64,000 nt of DNA, from NCBI RefSeq assembly GCF_009914755.1, contig NC_060940.1; one strand, 5' to 3'. The notes below the pieces were generated by a model that saw only the letters and a list, made by a program, of their open reading frames with translations, did no database searches and was not told the origin of the DNA. The first letter of the stretch is position 1; each line of letters begins with the position of its first letter. Of this stretch, positions 14,370 to 28,506 are shown one piece after another. The translations under genes and the position numbers were made by a program. Source of the DNA: the human T2T-CHM13v2.0 reference genome, Homo sapiens.

Positions 14370-14590
14370 GATTAGCACTCACTTGATGCCGGGCATCCTA
14401 TTAACCTTTGTAGACATTAGTTTATTACATTCTCTCAACCGTGCTATGACACAGCCCACAGTATCTCCCATTTGGCAGGTGAAGAAGTAGAGATTTTGAG
14501 AGGATAAATCATTTGCCCAATGTCACATTGCTAGAAAGTGGGGGACCTGAGGTTTCACCCAAGGAACATGAACCTAGAACCTGTGCCAGT
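14370..14590 (-). mobile_element. MIR SINE
   Basis: 'ccatttggcaggtgaagaagtagag...atttgcccaatgtcaca'. Confidence 0.65.
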
Positions 14591-14809
14591 GCATGATACT
14601 GGCAAAGACATCTTGCCTGCTCCTTGGGAAGCCATTCGATGGCTTGCCTGGGAATGTTGGTGTCCTTCTCTGGGCATCTCAACAGTGAGCTCCCTGGCTG
14701 GCTGGAGAAGTCATTAACAACACAAGCTCTGAATCTAGACAGATACATCTTGTAGAACTCTCATGGGGAATCGTGAAAACCTCTGGTAGATCTTCTCACT
14801 CAACAGGCT

Positions 14810-15305
<496 letters not shown>

Positions 15306-16801
15306 AACTCTATTACTTACACAAGAACTATAAGCTCCTAGGAATGGAAGAGCCATGCATCTATCACATGTCTTAGTGTAATAATAATATTACTAATGCC
15401 TTGCAATTATATTTCACTTTCCAAAGTTCCTCCTGCCTATTATCTTGGTTGATCCTCACAACATCACTGTGGCAGAGATCCTCTCCTTTGTACATGGAGA
15501 ACCACAGAGGTTCACTGACTTGTCCAAGCCCCCAAACCTGGAGCTGTTACTCTGAGCTCGGGATACCCAGAAACAGCCATGTGACCACCTCAGAGATCTC
15601 TGAAGATAATGGAACCCCATGAGATGGGGTATAATGCATTCCAGCTGTGAAGAAAGGCATGCTGTGCAATTGCAACTCCCAGAGGTTAGGTCAGCTCTGC
15701 CCATGATGGAGAGAACATCTACGGTCTGCCTCTTGCTTTGTCTAAATAGAATGCTACGGGGAGTCTCTAACCCAGAACACGTTTCCAGGGAGAGCTGCTG
15801 CCAGGAGCCCTTAGTTTCCACCTTCAAGCACGAAGCAGCATGTTCTGGCCTCCCTTACCACTCTCTGTCCCTCCCTTTCTGCTGCAGTACAAAACCCAGT
15901 TCCTTATCGCTTGTCATCGGTAACCATCCACTGGCCCTTGGAGACCAGAAGGGACTGTAGCCCGGGTGGCCTGGCAGGAGTCCAAGCCAGGCGACACTGC
16001 TCTCGTATACCCAAGTATCCTGCCTGTGGTTTTCACTGCTGTAATTGTACTGGTTTGCACTTCCTGTCCTAACTCATGGGCCGGTGTGACGCTGAGCGTC
16101 CTCTGAACCCTGTGTTCACAGCGCAGGTAGCCAGCTGTGGTCCTGTGATCTGTCACCATGTGGGGAAAAAAGGTAGAGTCCTGGACCCTGTTGACTGCTC
16201 GCCCATCCTGCCTTGGCCCTCCTGGCACGGCCATGTGTCCTCCATCCGGGACAGCGCATGTTTGTCAATGCAAGACCTTCTCCCTCTGGAAGGGAACTCT
16301 GTCTGTGCAGGTGGAGTTGGGCAGGAGGGGATGCTGGAACTGCATTGAGTAAATACCCCAAGCGTGTGCTGACACACGTTGGGTCAAAAGGTTCGCATAG
16401 GTATTGCAAAGACTAGGGCCTCTTCCGAGTTCTGAATATGAATGGCTCAACCATTCAGCAGGCGCCTGCTAACTCTGCTTCTGACATCCCCTCTTGCCAG
16501 CTGCTCATGTCTTCCAATGCCAGCTCTTCTTAGCAGCTGGGGCCATCTTATATAATTCAGATCAACTGGCACTCCTGGTTCGAGCCCTTCTATCCTTCCA
16601 TGAAGTAAAATGGTGAAGTTCTCACCGTTGCCTAAGAGACCCTTCAGTGTCTGGCCCTGCTTCCCTACCACGTACATTTTCCATCTCCTCTGCAGCCATA
16701 TGACCTCCTTCTCATCACCAGGAGCTGGCCCCATGGCACACAAAGGGCTCTCGTGGTCCTAACCTCATTCCCCACACCCTAGCCTCTCTTCTCTATCTCT
16801 C

Positions 16802-16829
16802 TGTGTGTGTGTGCGTGTGTGTGTGTGTG
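16802..16829 (+). repeat. (TG)n microsatellite
   Basis: Seen directly. Confidence 0.85.
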
Positions 16830-17159
16830 CTTGCATGCGTCCCCCAGGGTTCTGAAATCTGGATAAGTAGTACATAAATAAATATGGCTTCTCTTATTTA
16901 CTGTCTAGTTGGTGCCCCTACCACAAAATGGTGGCCAACTTGAAAGCAAATGCTGTTCTGGCAGTGCTAGAGAGACAGAGAGAAAAAAAGCACTGGCTTT
17001 GGGGCAAATCAGATCTGGTTTCTGTCCCAACCCTGTGCTTGGGTGGTCTTGGGCCACATTAGTCTACCTGCTAGAGTGTATTTCTGCACCTGAAAGCAAG
17101 AGCAGGACACCCAGGGCACCCAACTGCTGGGAAGGTTGTTATTGCTCCTGATGAACATT

Positions 17160-17380
17160 GGCATTGGCAAGGGAAGGGTATTCACCATGTGCCTGGGACC
17201 CTGCTAAGTGCTTCATTTGCTTACCCTACTTCCGTCCTACAACACCCCTAGAAAGAAGGAGTTACCATCACCATATTTTAGATGAATAAACTGAGGCTCA
17301 GAGAGTTCAAGTAACTTACCCAAGATCATTCTGTTAGTAATGCTGGAGCCTGGCTATATTAGAATTTCTTTTCCTAACCA
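17160..17380 (-). mobile_element. MIR SINE
   Basis: 'atattttagatgaataaactgaggctcagagagttcaagtaacttacccaagatca'. Confidence 0.85.
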
Positions 17381-19794
17381 CTGTATCATACATTCCTGGA
17401 GAATTCAATAAAATAATGAAGTAAAGCAAGAATGCATCGAAAGCGCTTAGACGTTGTTGAGGAGGGCAAGGAGCACAGGCAGTTAAAGTGAACATCTTAT
17501 GCTCAAGTGACTGGGAATTCTAAACCCAAGCTCCACAGTACATACTTTCCCTATTTACTTTTCGTTAATAGAATCGCAACATATCATTGGATCTTAATGG
17601 CACCCCAAGGGGGTTAATTATATGATGGGGAATTGTCCTCAGTTTCAACCACTGTTGGTTTAATGGATGTTCCTTCAGAAAAAAGAAATATAGCACATTG
17701 ATCTTTAAAAAGGAAAAATAAAGATCTCTCAAATGCAGATGAGGAAAGGGAAAAGTTCGCACTCAGCATTCAGCCCACCATTAATCCTCAGGACGCATTT
17801 CGTACAGGATCTCTGGGTTCTTCCTGTGGTGGACTTCGGAATTCTAAGGCTGAAGGCTTGCAGCCAGCAGTTTCCCCATCTCCCTGAACAAGACCCTCCT
17901 TCTTCTACATAGTCACCATCTCTTAGAAGAAAAAATTCTCTCACCCTCTGCAAACTCACCACCAACAAAGTCCACGCATCACGCAGCCACATCTTTCCAG
18001 TGCAAGAACCTCCCACTTGCTTTTGTCTCCGAGACTCAGTTTTCCCATCTATAAAATGGGGTAATACCACTGATTTCAATAGGACAGCTCATTTCAAACA
18101 GTTACTGAATAAATTATAATGCGTGCTTTCTATGTGAAAAAGACACCATACTAAGCACTCTAATAAATATATTTCTATCTCACAATCCTATGTAATAAAT
18201 ATTAGAATCATCATCTTAATTTTCCAGAAACAATGCTGGGCTCTGGGGAAATAAAGATAAATAATATGTAGTCCCTGCCTCCAAGGAGATCGACTTCTCA
18301 TTGAAGAAACAGCCAGGAAAATGGCAATTGCAAGAAAATGGAGTCACTGTGAAGAAAGAGGTGTCAGCTCAGAGTGTAGCAAGCACACAGGCGGAGAATC
18401 TGAGGTGTGTAGGGGGATAGAGACAGCATCCTGGGGTGGACAGAGAAACCATGAGATTCAGAGGGGTTGAGCATCTTGCTCAAGAACACACAGCTACTTA
18501 GAAGGAGAGCCTGGGTTGAGATCAAGGGAACTTCAGCCCAGACTCTCCACTGTTCCAGTGCTGTTTGATCTCCATTGAGCTCTCAGCTCCCCTGGGATAG
18601 AAGCCACATTTCTCTTTTTACATGAGTCTTCCTGCCTATGCAAGGCAGTTCCTCAGTGACTCCATGACACAGATGAGAAACCAGCCTGCAAATGGTGGCC
18701 TGTACCTTCCCCACGCCCCACCACCCCCAACAGAGCTGCTAAAGGAGTTGTGTTTGCAGAGTCCTCACCACTTGTGTGCACAAGTTGAAGGAATAACTAT
18801 CAACTCAAAAATACAGCTGATCAGTTCAATAGACATAGGGTGACTATCCTGTAGCTGGCACAGGGTAAGCATGTCAACAGCCTTCCTAATTTTGCCCCTG
18901 CTCTTTGGGAGTTTACACTCAAGCCAGGGAGACAAATGCATGCACAGTTCATGCATCCAAAGGCAAAGCAACCTGAATGTTGCATGCAGGGTCCCAGTAA
19001 AGTGCTCTGGGAGTACAGAGAAGCCCATGATTAAATAAAAGAGGCTTCCTGGATTGAGATCAATCCAACGATGGCTTGCTTGCTGGGGCTTTGGGCAAAA
19101 GTCATCTAATATCACGAATGTTTTAAGGATTAAACATTTAATGGATTAAGGCTGTAAATGCTCGGAGCTCCTTGGAGAAACTTGTTTCATGAACACCATG
19201 CAGTTGGAGAACTCACAGTGCTGGCATATCCCTGAGAACATCATGCTTAGATTTCAAATTCCAGAGAAGAGACATGATGTCTTTCCACCTCAAAATCTTA
19301 CCCCGCACAGGGAGAAAGGCAGAATGACGGAAAGACAATTTTGAGGATTTACTTCATGATAATAGCATAAGAGTCATCATAAAAATTTTACCCTCTAGGT
19401 ATTTCTCTCCTGGCATCTAATGGTTTTTCCATCTTGAGCTTTTTCTGATCCGTTGGTCAATACTGTTTGATAGCAGATATTGTTATGATATGAGAACATA
19501 AGAATTTCCATGTGGCAAAACCAAAGGGGCATCTGTTTGACTCATCTTCTAGCCATGATTGTTCTAACAGGAATTCTCTACCATAGCAAAGGAGGGCATA
19601 TCCTTCTGTAACTAATTCTCTAGGGTGAACAGAATGGATTCTTCTCCCACTGAAGGGAGGGAGACTACAGAGGACTTTTCTGTGTACTAGACCAGACTTC
19701 AGTATAGGAAATGAGGTTATGTTGAAGCTCTAGAAGTCTTAAAATAACTTTCACACATGTTACTTATTTCTATTTTCATAACAATCTATAAGCG

Positions 19795-20100
19795 TGGGTT
19801 CATTCATTTATTCACTCATTCTAAAATATTTACTGCTGAACACCAACTGCAGCCAGACACTTTGCTGAGTGATACAACTGGACAGGTAAATGAGAGATGC
19901 TGGCTGCCTCAAGAGTTTAGTGAAGAAGACAGATGAGTACACGAAGAATTGCAAGGCGAGATAAGCTGATTCTGGAGACAGTGGTCACAAAGGTGCTCAG
20001 TAGTGACCTTAACAAATGTTAGAAGCTCCATTTTACAGAAGGGGAAGCTGAGATGCAGAGACTAAATAACTCGTGCAATGCCATATACATCCTTCAAGTG
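19795..20100 (-). mobile_element. L2 3' end plus MIR fragment
   Basis: 'ttcattcatttattcactcattctaaaatatttactg' then 'ccattttacagaaggggaagctgag'. Confidence 0.6.
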
Positions 20101-22490
20101 CTAAGTCCTAAAATCATGCGCATCGTTATCCAGCAAAGCCTATGGATAGATTCAGTTCCACAGAAATGAATTCATTAGGTCAATAACAGCCTCAATTAGA
20201 TGATCATTCTTTCAATGTAGAGGGAATCTGCAAAGTTTATTGTGGCTTATTTCTTTTCTTCCCCACTATCTTGGAATAATATAGTTGTCATGATCCTGTG
20301 ATCATCGGCATGAAATTACCCCAAGCCATCCAGTATAAATAGACACACACACCTCTCCCGGAGATATCTGGGTTTCCCCAGATACTCAAGCTTACTCAGG
20401 CCCTGGGGGATTTGAGGAGCTTTTGAAGGGACTCACTGGCATCCAACTGCGCCCATCAGCATCCCTGGTTGCTTTTCCTCTTTGATAAACCCTCTGATCC
20501 CTGTTCGGGTCAGTTTCAACGGGAGAGCAGGAGGCCTGGAAAGAGATCTAAACGACTTAACCCTTCCGCAGGGGGAGTTAATTTGCTGCATTAGCCGGGG
20601 GCTATGCAATACCTTCTTGCTCAGATTGCCTGCTCCACTGTGACCCATCTCTCTTAAGGATAACGCCTTCCTCTGGGACTGGACTTTGAGGCTGGGTTTT
20701 GTAGATGGGGATTTATTTGCAACTGGCAAATGAAACTTATCTAACCATTAGCCTGTTGCAATTATTCCTGTCTGGTCAGCCAAATGGGAGCTCGGCATGA
20801 GATCCCAAAGGTTAAAGTTGGCTATCCAACATTCATCAGCAATTTTGAGGTTTCTAGGAACAGCAGCAGAACAAGAGTGTTTTACCCTTCATAGGTTCCT
20901 CCATCATTGCACTTGGTTGCATTATACATTTTTTAGTTTGAGTGTGTGTTTCTTATTTTGTTTTGTTTAGAATTCTGGTTTTCCTCGACAGCTACTTCTT
21001 TGGAGAAACACATTATTTTTCACTGGCCAAATATAGAAATCATTCTGTTATCATCTAGCAATAAAATATGTCATTACTTTCTTTCCCCAAAATTCTTTAT
21101 CCCATTGGATATGGGAATTAGATAAGATTAAGTACTTAGGCAACATCAACTTATGGGGCAGACAGATTCTGTGCTGTTCAACTGTGTCAGGACAACATTT
21201 ATATCTGCTTAAATAGGAGACAATGTGGCCAACACGCACACAGATACAGCCACGTGAGGTTTGCTTTAAGTAGAGCAGCATTAGGTTACTTTAAGGTGAC
21301 AATTTCTAAATGAGTGCAAAACTGTGTAATAAGATTTAAAAAATTGGACCCATTCTTAGTCCACCAGCTCCCCAGCCAGTGACAAAATATGCCATTAGTG
21401 GCCACAGCACGATTCTGAAAATATACCTTCCTTACGATTTAACGCTTTTTTTTTCCCTGTGAGCTAAAAATTACAAAGCCCCGGATTTCATCGCTCTTGC
21501 AATCTATTCTTTTCCCCTGACTTCCTGTTTTCATGAAATTTTAATCAGGCACTTAAAATAAATAGCTATGCACAGCTTCTCTGCCTCCCCCAATGCCTGG
21601 GATGGATGTTTTGGGTAAAGTGATAGTCCAGAGACCTTGAGAACAGTGAATTCTTTTCTGACTTGGCAAGACAACAGAAATTAAAGCACGGCTCTGTCCA
21701 CGGCCATGCGCTCGGAGGGGACAGAGTGGTCTTGTTTCTAGAGGATCAAACAAAGACATAGTATGTTGAACTTTTTTTCTAATTCTTCTTCCAAATATTG
21801 ACAGCAATTTGATCAATTTAGAAGGGCAAGCAAAATAAAGCACATCTACATTATTCTAGGAGAGAGAGGAAAAAGAGTAAGCCATGTTAAACCCTTAAGA
21901 TCCCCTTCAAGTGGAAAAATTAATCCTTTAATGTACGCTGCGTACTTTTTATTGCTAATGGTTTTTAATGATGTACATTTGAATCCCCTTCATTTAAACA
22001 AAAACACACCTGGTGTTTAAAGCCTGCTAAGATTTTTTTTCTACATTTTTCATGTAATGATTATATCTACAAATGGCATTCTAGGAAAATTTAACGTATT
22101 TCTCACAAAATCATTATATTAAGAGGAAGATGTCCTTTCTAGTAGTAACTTCAGGTTTCATGAAGAGTGCAATGTACCAAGAAAGAGGCAAGAATTCGCG
22201 AGAAAGAATACAGTTACTAACATCCCTGCTCTATAAGTCAAAGCCCTAGAGGCCTTAAGAGAAGATTCTTGGAGACGTGAGGACATCAGCTTCCTTACCT
22301 TAACCAGCCAACCTTCTGTGTGACAGACAGTAAGTGGCAGGAAAGGCTCTTAATTTACGAGTAAGAATAAGGTGAAATGATATGAATTAACATCATTCAG
22401 TTCCCATGGACCCCCATGAATCTTCCTGCCTCTTGTTTCAAATGTGAAGAGATTCACACCAACTGTCGGTTCTGAGAAATGGCGTTAGAC

Positions 22491-22845
22491 CAGCAGTCCC
22501 CAATCTTTTTGGCACCAGGAGCCGGTTTTGTGGAAGACAATTTTTCCATGGATGGGTGTTGAGGGGAGGATTTCAGGATGAAACTATTCCACCTCAGATT
22601 ATCAGGCATTAGTTAGACTCTCATAAGGAGACCACAACCTAGATTCCTCGCATGCACAGCTCATAATAGGGTTCGTGCACCTATGAGAATCTGATGCTGC
22701 TGCTGATTTGACGGGAGGCAGAGCTCTGGCGGTAATGGGAGTGATGGGGAGTGGCTGTATATACACGTGAAGCTTTGCTGCTGCTTACTTCCTGCTGTGC
22801 AGCCCGGTTCCTTAAAGGTCAGTGGCTGGGGGTTAGGGACCACTT
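22491..22845 (+). mobile_element. MER1B (hAT-Charlie MITE)
   Basis: 'cagcagtccccaatcttttggcaccagg...ggaagacaattttccatgga'; degenerate 8-bp TSD cgttagac/ccctagac. Confidence 0.9.
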
Positions 22846-22931
22846 CCCTAGACAATATGCATAGACATGTCTCCCTGACTCTGGAAGTCTAGCACCTGGT
22901 TTTAACTATCAGGAGATAGGTCTTACAGGTT

Positions 22932-23395
22932 AGCGGTATGCTGGTAAATGTTTTACAACAGGCTTTCCGGGGCAAAAAACAAAACAAAACAACAACAACA
23001 AAAAACAAAACAAAACACTGTGGTAAGGGGTAACCCTGATCCGTAGCATTTGTCCATTTCTGTGGTGTAAATACTCCCACCATGGACAATTTCAAGCTAC
23101 TTTTGAAGTCACCAAACGTGGAGTTAGGAAGAGATAAATGGGATACATTCAATATTACGATACATGCAAATAATAAGATATAGATAATAGTAGAAGGTAG
23201 TAAAATAACTGTCTTCTACTTTTATAAATAAAAATAGAAAGGGGGAATTTTATTTTCAAATAGAATTGATTTGATTGTAAAGTTATATAATTTAATTTTT
23301 AATAATGGCTGTTTTTAAGAATGACTCATAGAATTTCTGAAAATTTGACAGGGGCCTCTTGGGAGCTGCTACAAACTAACTCCAACACACCAGTG
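22932..23395. mobile_element. MER63B-like (hAT-Blackjack)
   Basis: 'gcggtatgctggtaaatgtttt...tttctgtggtgtaaatactcccaccatgg...ctccaacacaccagtg'. Confidence 0.8.
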
Positions 23396-23889
23396 CTGTG
23401 GGGGAACCTGGCTTTACAGCTCCATTCACTTGGATATAGCTGTGTGTCATTTGTGGTTTAGTGAACTTGCCTATTTCCAGGGACAGACCACATTTTTGGA
23501 TCTGTACTAGATTGGTCTTCGTCCCCTAAAGTTTCCCCCAAATTACAATTGACCACAAAATATCAGTGCTGCCTGTTTTCTTTGATATAGGGTTTCATCT
23601 CCTTCATTGTCTCCAAATATAGCTCTAAGCTTGCCTTCTTACCTTGCTTAAGTGAATCTAAATAACCTCAAAAAGAAAGCAATCAACTCCCCAAGTGACA
23701 AAAATCATTCAGCTTCCTGGCATCTCAAGTCAGAAGAGCTAGAAAATACTATTTTTCTTCCTGTGGGCCCAGAGGATAAATTCCCACTAGAGAAAAGAAA
23801 GAGACTAAATTTCTACCACATTCCTTTTCTTATGCCAACATTTGGTGACATTACAAAATGGGAGATCTGGGGGCCTTCCATTCCACCAC

Positions 23890-24015
23890 CACCTTACAAT
23901 CATTAAAACCACTTCTTAGGGAAGTCCCATCACCTTACAATCATTAAGGTGATGATACAATCATTAAGGGGGGGGTCCCATCACCTTACAATCATAAAAC
24001 CACTTCTTAGTGAAG
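23890..24015. repeat. Complex local direct and inverted microduplication
   Basis: TACAATCAT at 23895, 23936, 23956, 23987; 10-bp inverted repeat 23928-23954. Confidence 0.9.
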
Positions 24016-24117
24016 CTTGTGAGGGTGTGGGGTGGTGATGTGTAGGAAGTTCACTTCAGTTTGAAGAAGTGAATATTGTCAGGAAATCTGGAAGAGCTAC
24101 TGAGAAAGTTCTTTTCA

Positions 24118-24475
<358 letters not shown>

Positions 24476-26007
24476 AAGCATGGAGTGAATTTAAGGATTC
24501 AGTTCAAGTTGCCAGGGATCTCATATTCCAAGAGCTTCTTCTGCCCTCTTTAGTTTCTTGGCCATGTCTAACTCCAAGGTGCCTGCAGCCCTTTGTCCCC
24601 TCTCATGGCAGTCCCAGTAGCAATGGTATGATGTTCTAGAATCACATTCATGAAGAAAAAGGCCGAGCTCATGTGGCTGGATGCATCTAGCTTCTGTGAA
24701 CCACCCACACTATCAACAGACACTGTCCCAGGGGCCAGGAAATCATCCTGCTCTTGGCAAAACCCCTGCCACTTGGGTAGGAACTGAGCAGAATCATCCA
24801 AGCCAAGAAAAACTGAGCAAGGCATGGCTCTCTCTTTACTGAAATCCAGATTCAGCATGAAGGATCTTGGCAGAACGACAGCTAGGCTCAGCCGTGGTGA
24901 ATGTCACGACCATATCTCAAATAACCCATTCTCTTAATAAAACACAGTTTGACTTAAGGCTTTGAGAGATATCAATTCGAAGGGAGAAAAAAAAAAAAAA
25001 GAAAGGCAAGAGAGAAGCCAGTGGAAAGCTTCTTACTATATTAGGGCTATTATTGAATGCATTTGCTTATATATGCACTTCTCACAGAGTAATCCAAAAC
25101 CCTGAAAATGAAATTGGCTGTCTTTGGCTTCTTTATTTACAATCACTAACTACTCAGAGATTCTCAGAAATGTGGAGATTTCTTGGAGCTGGCTACCTGC
25201 AGTAATGTGCCTTCCCTTTCGTCCCATCTAGGCAGTTGATGACCCGGTGCAAGATTTCCCTACATTTGCATATTTATAGGGTCTCCTCCAGCTCCACACT
25301 GTTCTTTGTAAGAACAGAGCTTGGTGCCAGCAAAAGGAGCTCGAGCTGTCAGGAGCTTCTACTTTTGTTCTTATCTGTAGTCTAAGTAAGTCAACCCAAG
25401 CTTTTCTCCCACCTGAACATAAAACTACTGCAGGACTGATTGCTAGCTACATCAGTGGCCTCCTGAAGCAGATTGGGATGTGGGAAATTACACACTGGAA
25501 CTCATGGTCCCAGAAGAGTTTCCAAACTCCAGCTGGTCTCTCACTCATCAGTTACACCTTCCCATGCGCCAAAAACCAGGGGAGGGAGATTATACTTTGG
25601 AGTCAGATGGATCCAGTTTGACCCCAGTCTCTACCCCTCTCTAGCTGGAAGTTGGCAAACTATGTAGCTATTCAGAGTTTCAGTACCTTGTGTATTAATA
25701 AACAAGCAAACAAACAGAAAAATTAAAGGAACACATCCGCCATAGAGAAAGTTGGGTGAAGCATATTCTGAAATCTACATACTATTTTAGTAACTTCCTG
25801 TGAATCTATAATTATTTCAAAATATTTTTAATAGGGGCACTAATAATAACAACAACAATGCCAATCTTAATAATATCTCAGAGGGTGTTTTGGAAGAGTT
25901 AAAAGGAACAATTTATGGATACGTGTCAGCAGGTGTTTGACATTCAATAAATGTCTGAATTCATAGTTGGAAGTATGGATACAAAGCATGCAATAAATAT
26001 TATTTTA

Positions 26008-26304
<297 letters not shown>

Positions 26305-27655
26305 ATGTTATTTTAACTTAATTTTCAATAGAGGATGATGCAAGGTTTGTTTATCAAGTGTCAGGAGAGTAATTTTTCTATCAAAGAGACAGAACAAATA
26401 TAAGATCTCCCCAGTAGCCCCAAGTGAGGGCCAAACAAGTGAATTAGTATTACTACGTATTTTTGGAGTGTACAACCTTGAAGATATCCCATAACAATTT
26501 ATTTTAAGGTCCTGTTTATCTTTACATTTCTTCTAGCTTGAGAACACACCTGCAGATTCCCATTTCTTAGGGAAACCATGACACAACAGACTACTGGGTT
26601 TTCCGTGGTCTCAGGAGTGGTTCAAATGGGCTGGGGGGTGGACCTACATCCATAGTCATGCATTCAGCTGTCCCAACACATCAGGGTCCCAAAGTGCCTA
26701 CTTCAAATTCAGAGCACCCTGATAGACTGAAGGAAAGAGATGTAAATATTGGGAAGCAGTTTTACTCCATTTTTTTCTCAGGGGAAAAAAATTTTATTTT
26801 TGTTTTTGGAAAATGTATGTGGAACACACTAAATAAAAAATCAGCATAAAATATTTAAGGACATTATTCATTTTAAGTGTGTTTCCAGGCATTTACATAA
26901 ATAGGAATGAATATATATATTTGTGCCTCAAAACAAAGATACAACATAAACACCAAAATGTTAAGAAGAGTTTATCTAATTATTGAAAGTATGACTGAGT
27001 GCTTATTATTTTTATCATCATGTTTTTTGAATATTGTGAACTTTCTCTAATGGATTGTTTTTATAATAATAAAATTAACGATCAATTGTGGTTTATTGTA
27101 TCCTTTCAAAATCAGTCATAGATATCTCTTTGCTTAATTGTTATCCTGGAGATAGTAAAATGGCAGGTCTATGGGTGGAAGGAATGGAAATGATTACTTG
27201 TGAGCCACTTCTCTGTAGCCAGAAAGGACTCTTGAGCCAGCCAGATCCTGTGTCTTTTAGGGAGATGGCCCTGGGTGGGGAGAGGCCCAAAGGGAAGGAA
27301 ACCAGGAGACTTGCCCTAGACTTGCCTGCCAGTAAGTTTCTGGGTAATGTCGCCATTCCCCAAGCTCTAATTTCCTAAATATCCGGCCTTATCAGCTATT
27401 TGAAAGGTCAATGGTGTTAAAGTATGTACTCTTAACTTTCTAGATGAAAATCAGGGACTAACATGAGACATTTTAATTCTGTTGCTAGAGCTTGTATAAG
27501 CATACCCTTGCCTAGGTGGTTCAAAGGGGTAAAGTCCAGGTCTTCCTAACTTCATAGGATTAAATAAAAGAAAGGCAGTGGAGTTAAGATGAGATAACCT
27601 CTATCCTCTGCATCTCATCTCTCTAAAAATCTGGGAATCTTTAAGTTCTCTAGAG

Positions 27656-28178
27656 CAGCACTCCCCATCCTTTCTAACACCAGGGACTAGTTTCATAAAA
27701 GACAATTTTTCCATGGACTGGGAGTGGGGTGGGGATGTTTTCCAGATGATTCAAACACATTACATTATTGTGCATTTTATTATTATTAAATTATAATATA
27801 TAATGAATTAATTATACAACTCACCATAATGTAGAAACAGTGGGAGAGCTAAGCTTGTTTTCTTGCCACCAGATGGTCCCATCTGGGGTTGATGGGAGAC
27901 TGTGACAGATCATCAGGCATTAGATTCTCATAAGGAGGGCACAACCTAGATCCCTTGCATACGCAGTTCACAGTAGAGTTTGTACTCCTATAAGAATCTT
28001 AATGCCACCACTGATATAGCAGGAGGCAGCACTCAGGCAGTCATGTGAATGATGGGGAGTGGCTGTAAACACAGACGAAGCTTCACCCACGCACTCATCA
28101 CTCTTTCTGCTGTGTGACCTGGTTCCTAAGAGGCCACAGACTGGTACTGGTCTGTGGCCTGGGGGTTGGGGACCCCTG
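27656..28178 (+). mobile_element. MER1A (hAT-Charlie MITE)
   Basis: About 520 bp; shares ends with MER1B plus AT-rich insert; ends 'gggggttggggacccctg'; left flank CTCTAGAG. Confidence 0.9.
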
Positions 28179-28317
28179 CTTGAAAAGATTAGAAAATAGG
28201 CATCAGTGAGATCTAGAAGGCACAATGTCCTATCCTATTAACTGTGCTTAGTGGTCCAAAGCGGGGTTTGGATGGTCTGGGGACCGTGGGAACTCCTCTT
28301 AGGAACATGCCCCAGCA

Positions 28318-28506
28318 TAGGGTTGCCAGAAACAATAGGGAGTACCCAGTCCAGTTTGAATTTCAGATAACCAATGAGAATTGTTAGCATGAGTAGGTTC
28401 CTATATTGCACGGGATTGACTTATACTAAAATATATTTGTCATTTATCTAAATTTCAAATTGAACTGGGCATCTTGTGACTTTATTTGCTAAGTCTGGCA
28501 AACTGA
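28318..28506. mobile_element. MER53 palindromic hAT MITE
   Basis: 'tagggttgccaga...tttgaatttcagataa...tttatctaaatttcaaattgaactggg...tctggcaaac', self-complementary arms. Confidence 0.85.

Noticed and set aside
23890-24015. Repeat-spacer look resembling a CRISPR array (also 44438 and 53044)
   Set aside because: No constant repeat with unique equal-length spacers, no cas genes, and primate context
27860-27880. CTCF-like 'gccaccagatggtccc' in MER1A
   Set aside because: Lacks the GGC(A/G) 3' core; too weak without ChIP data
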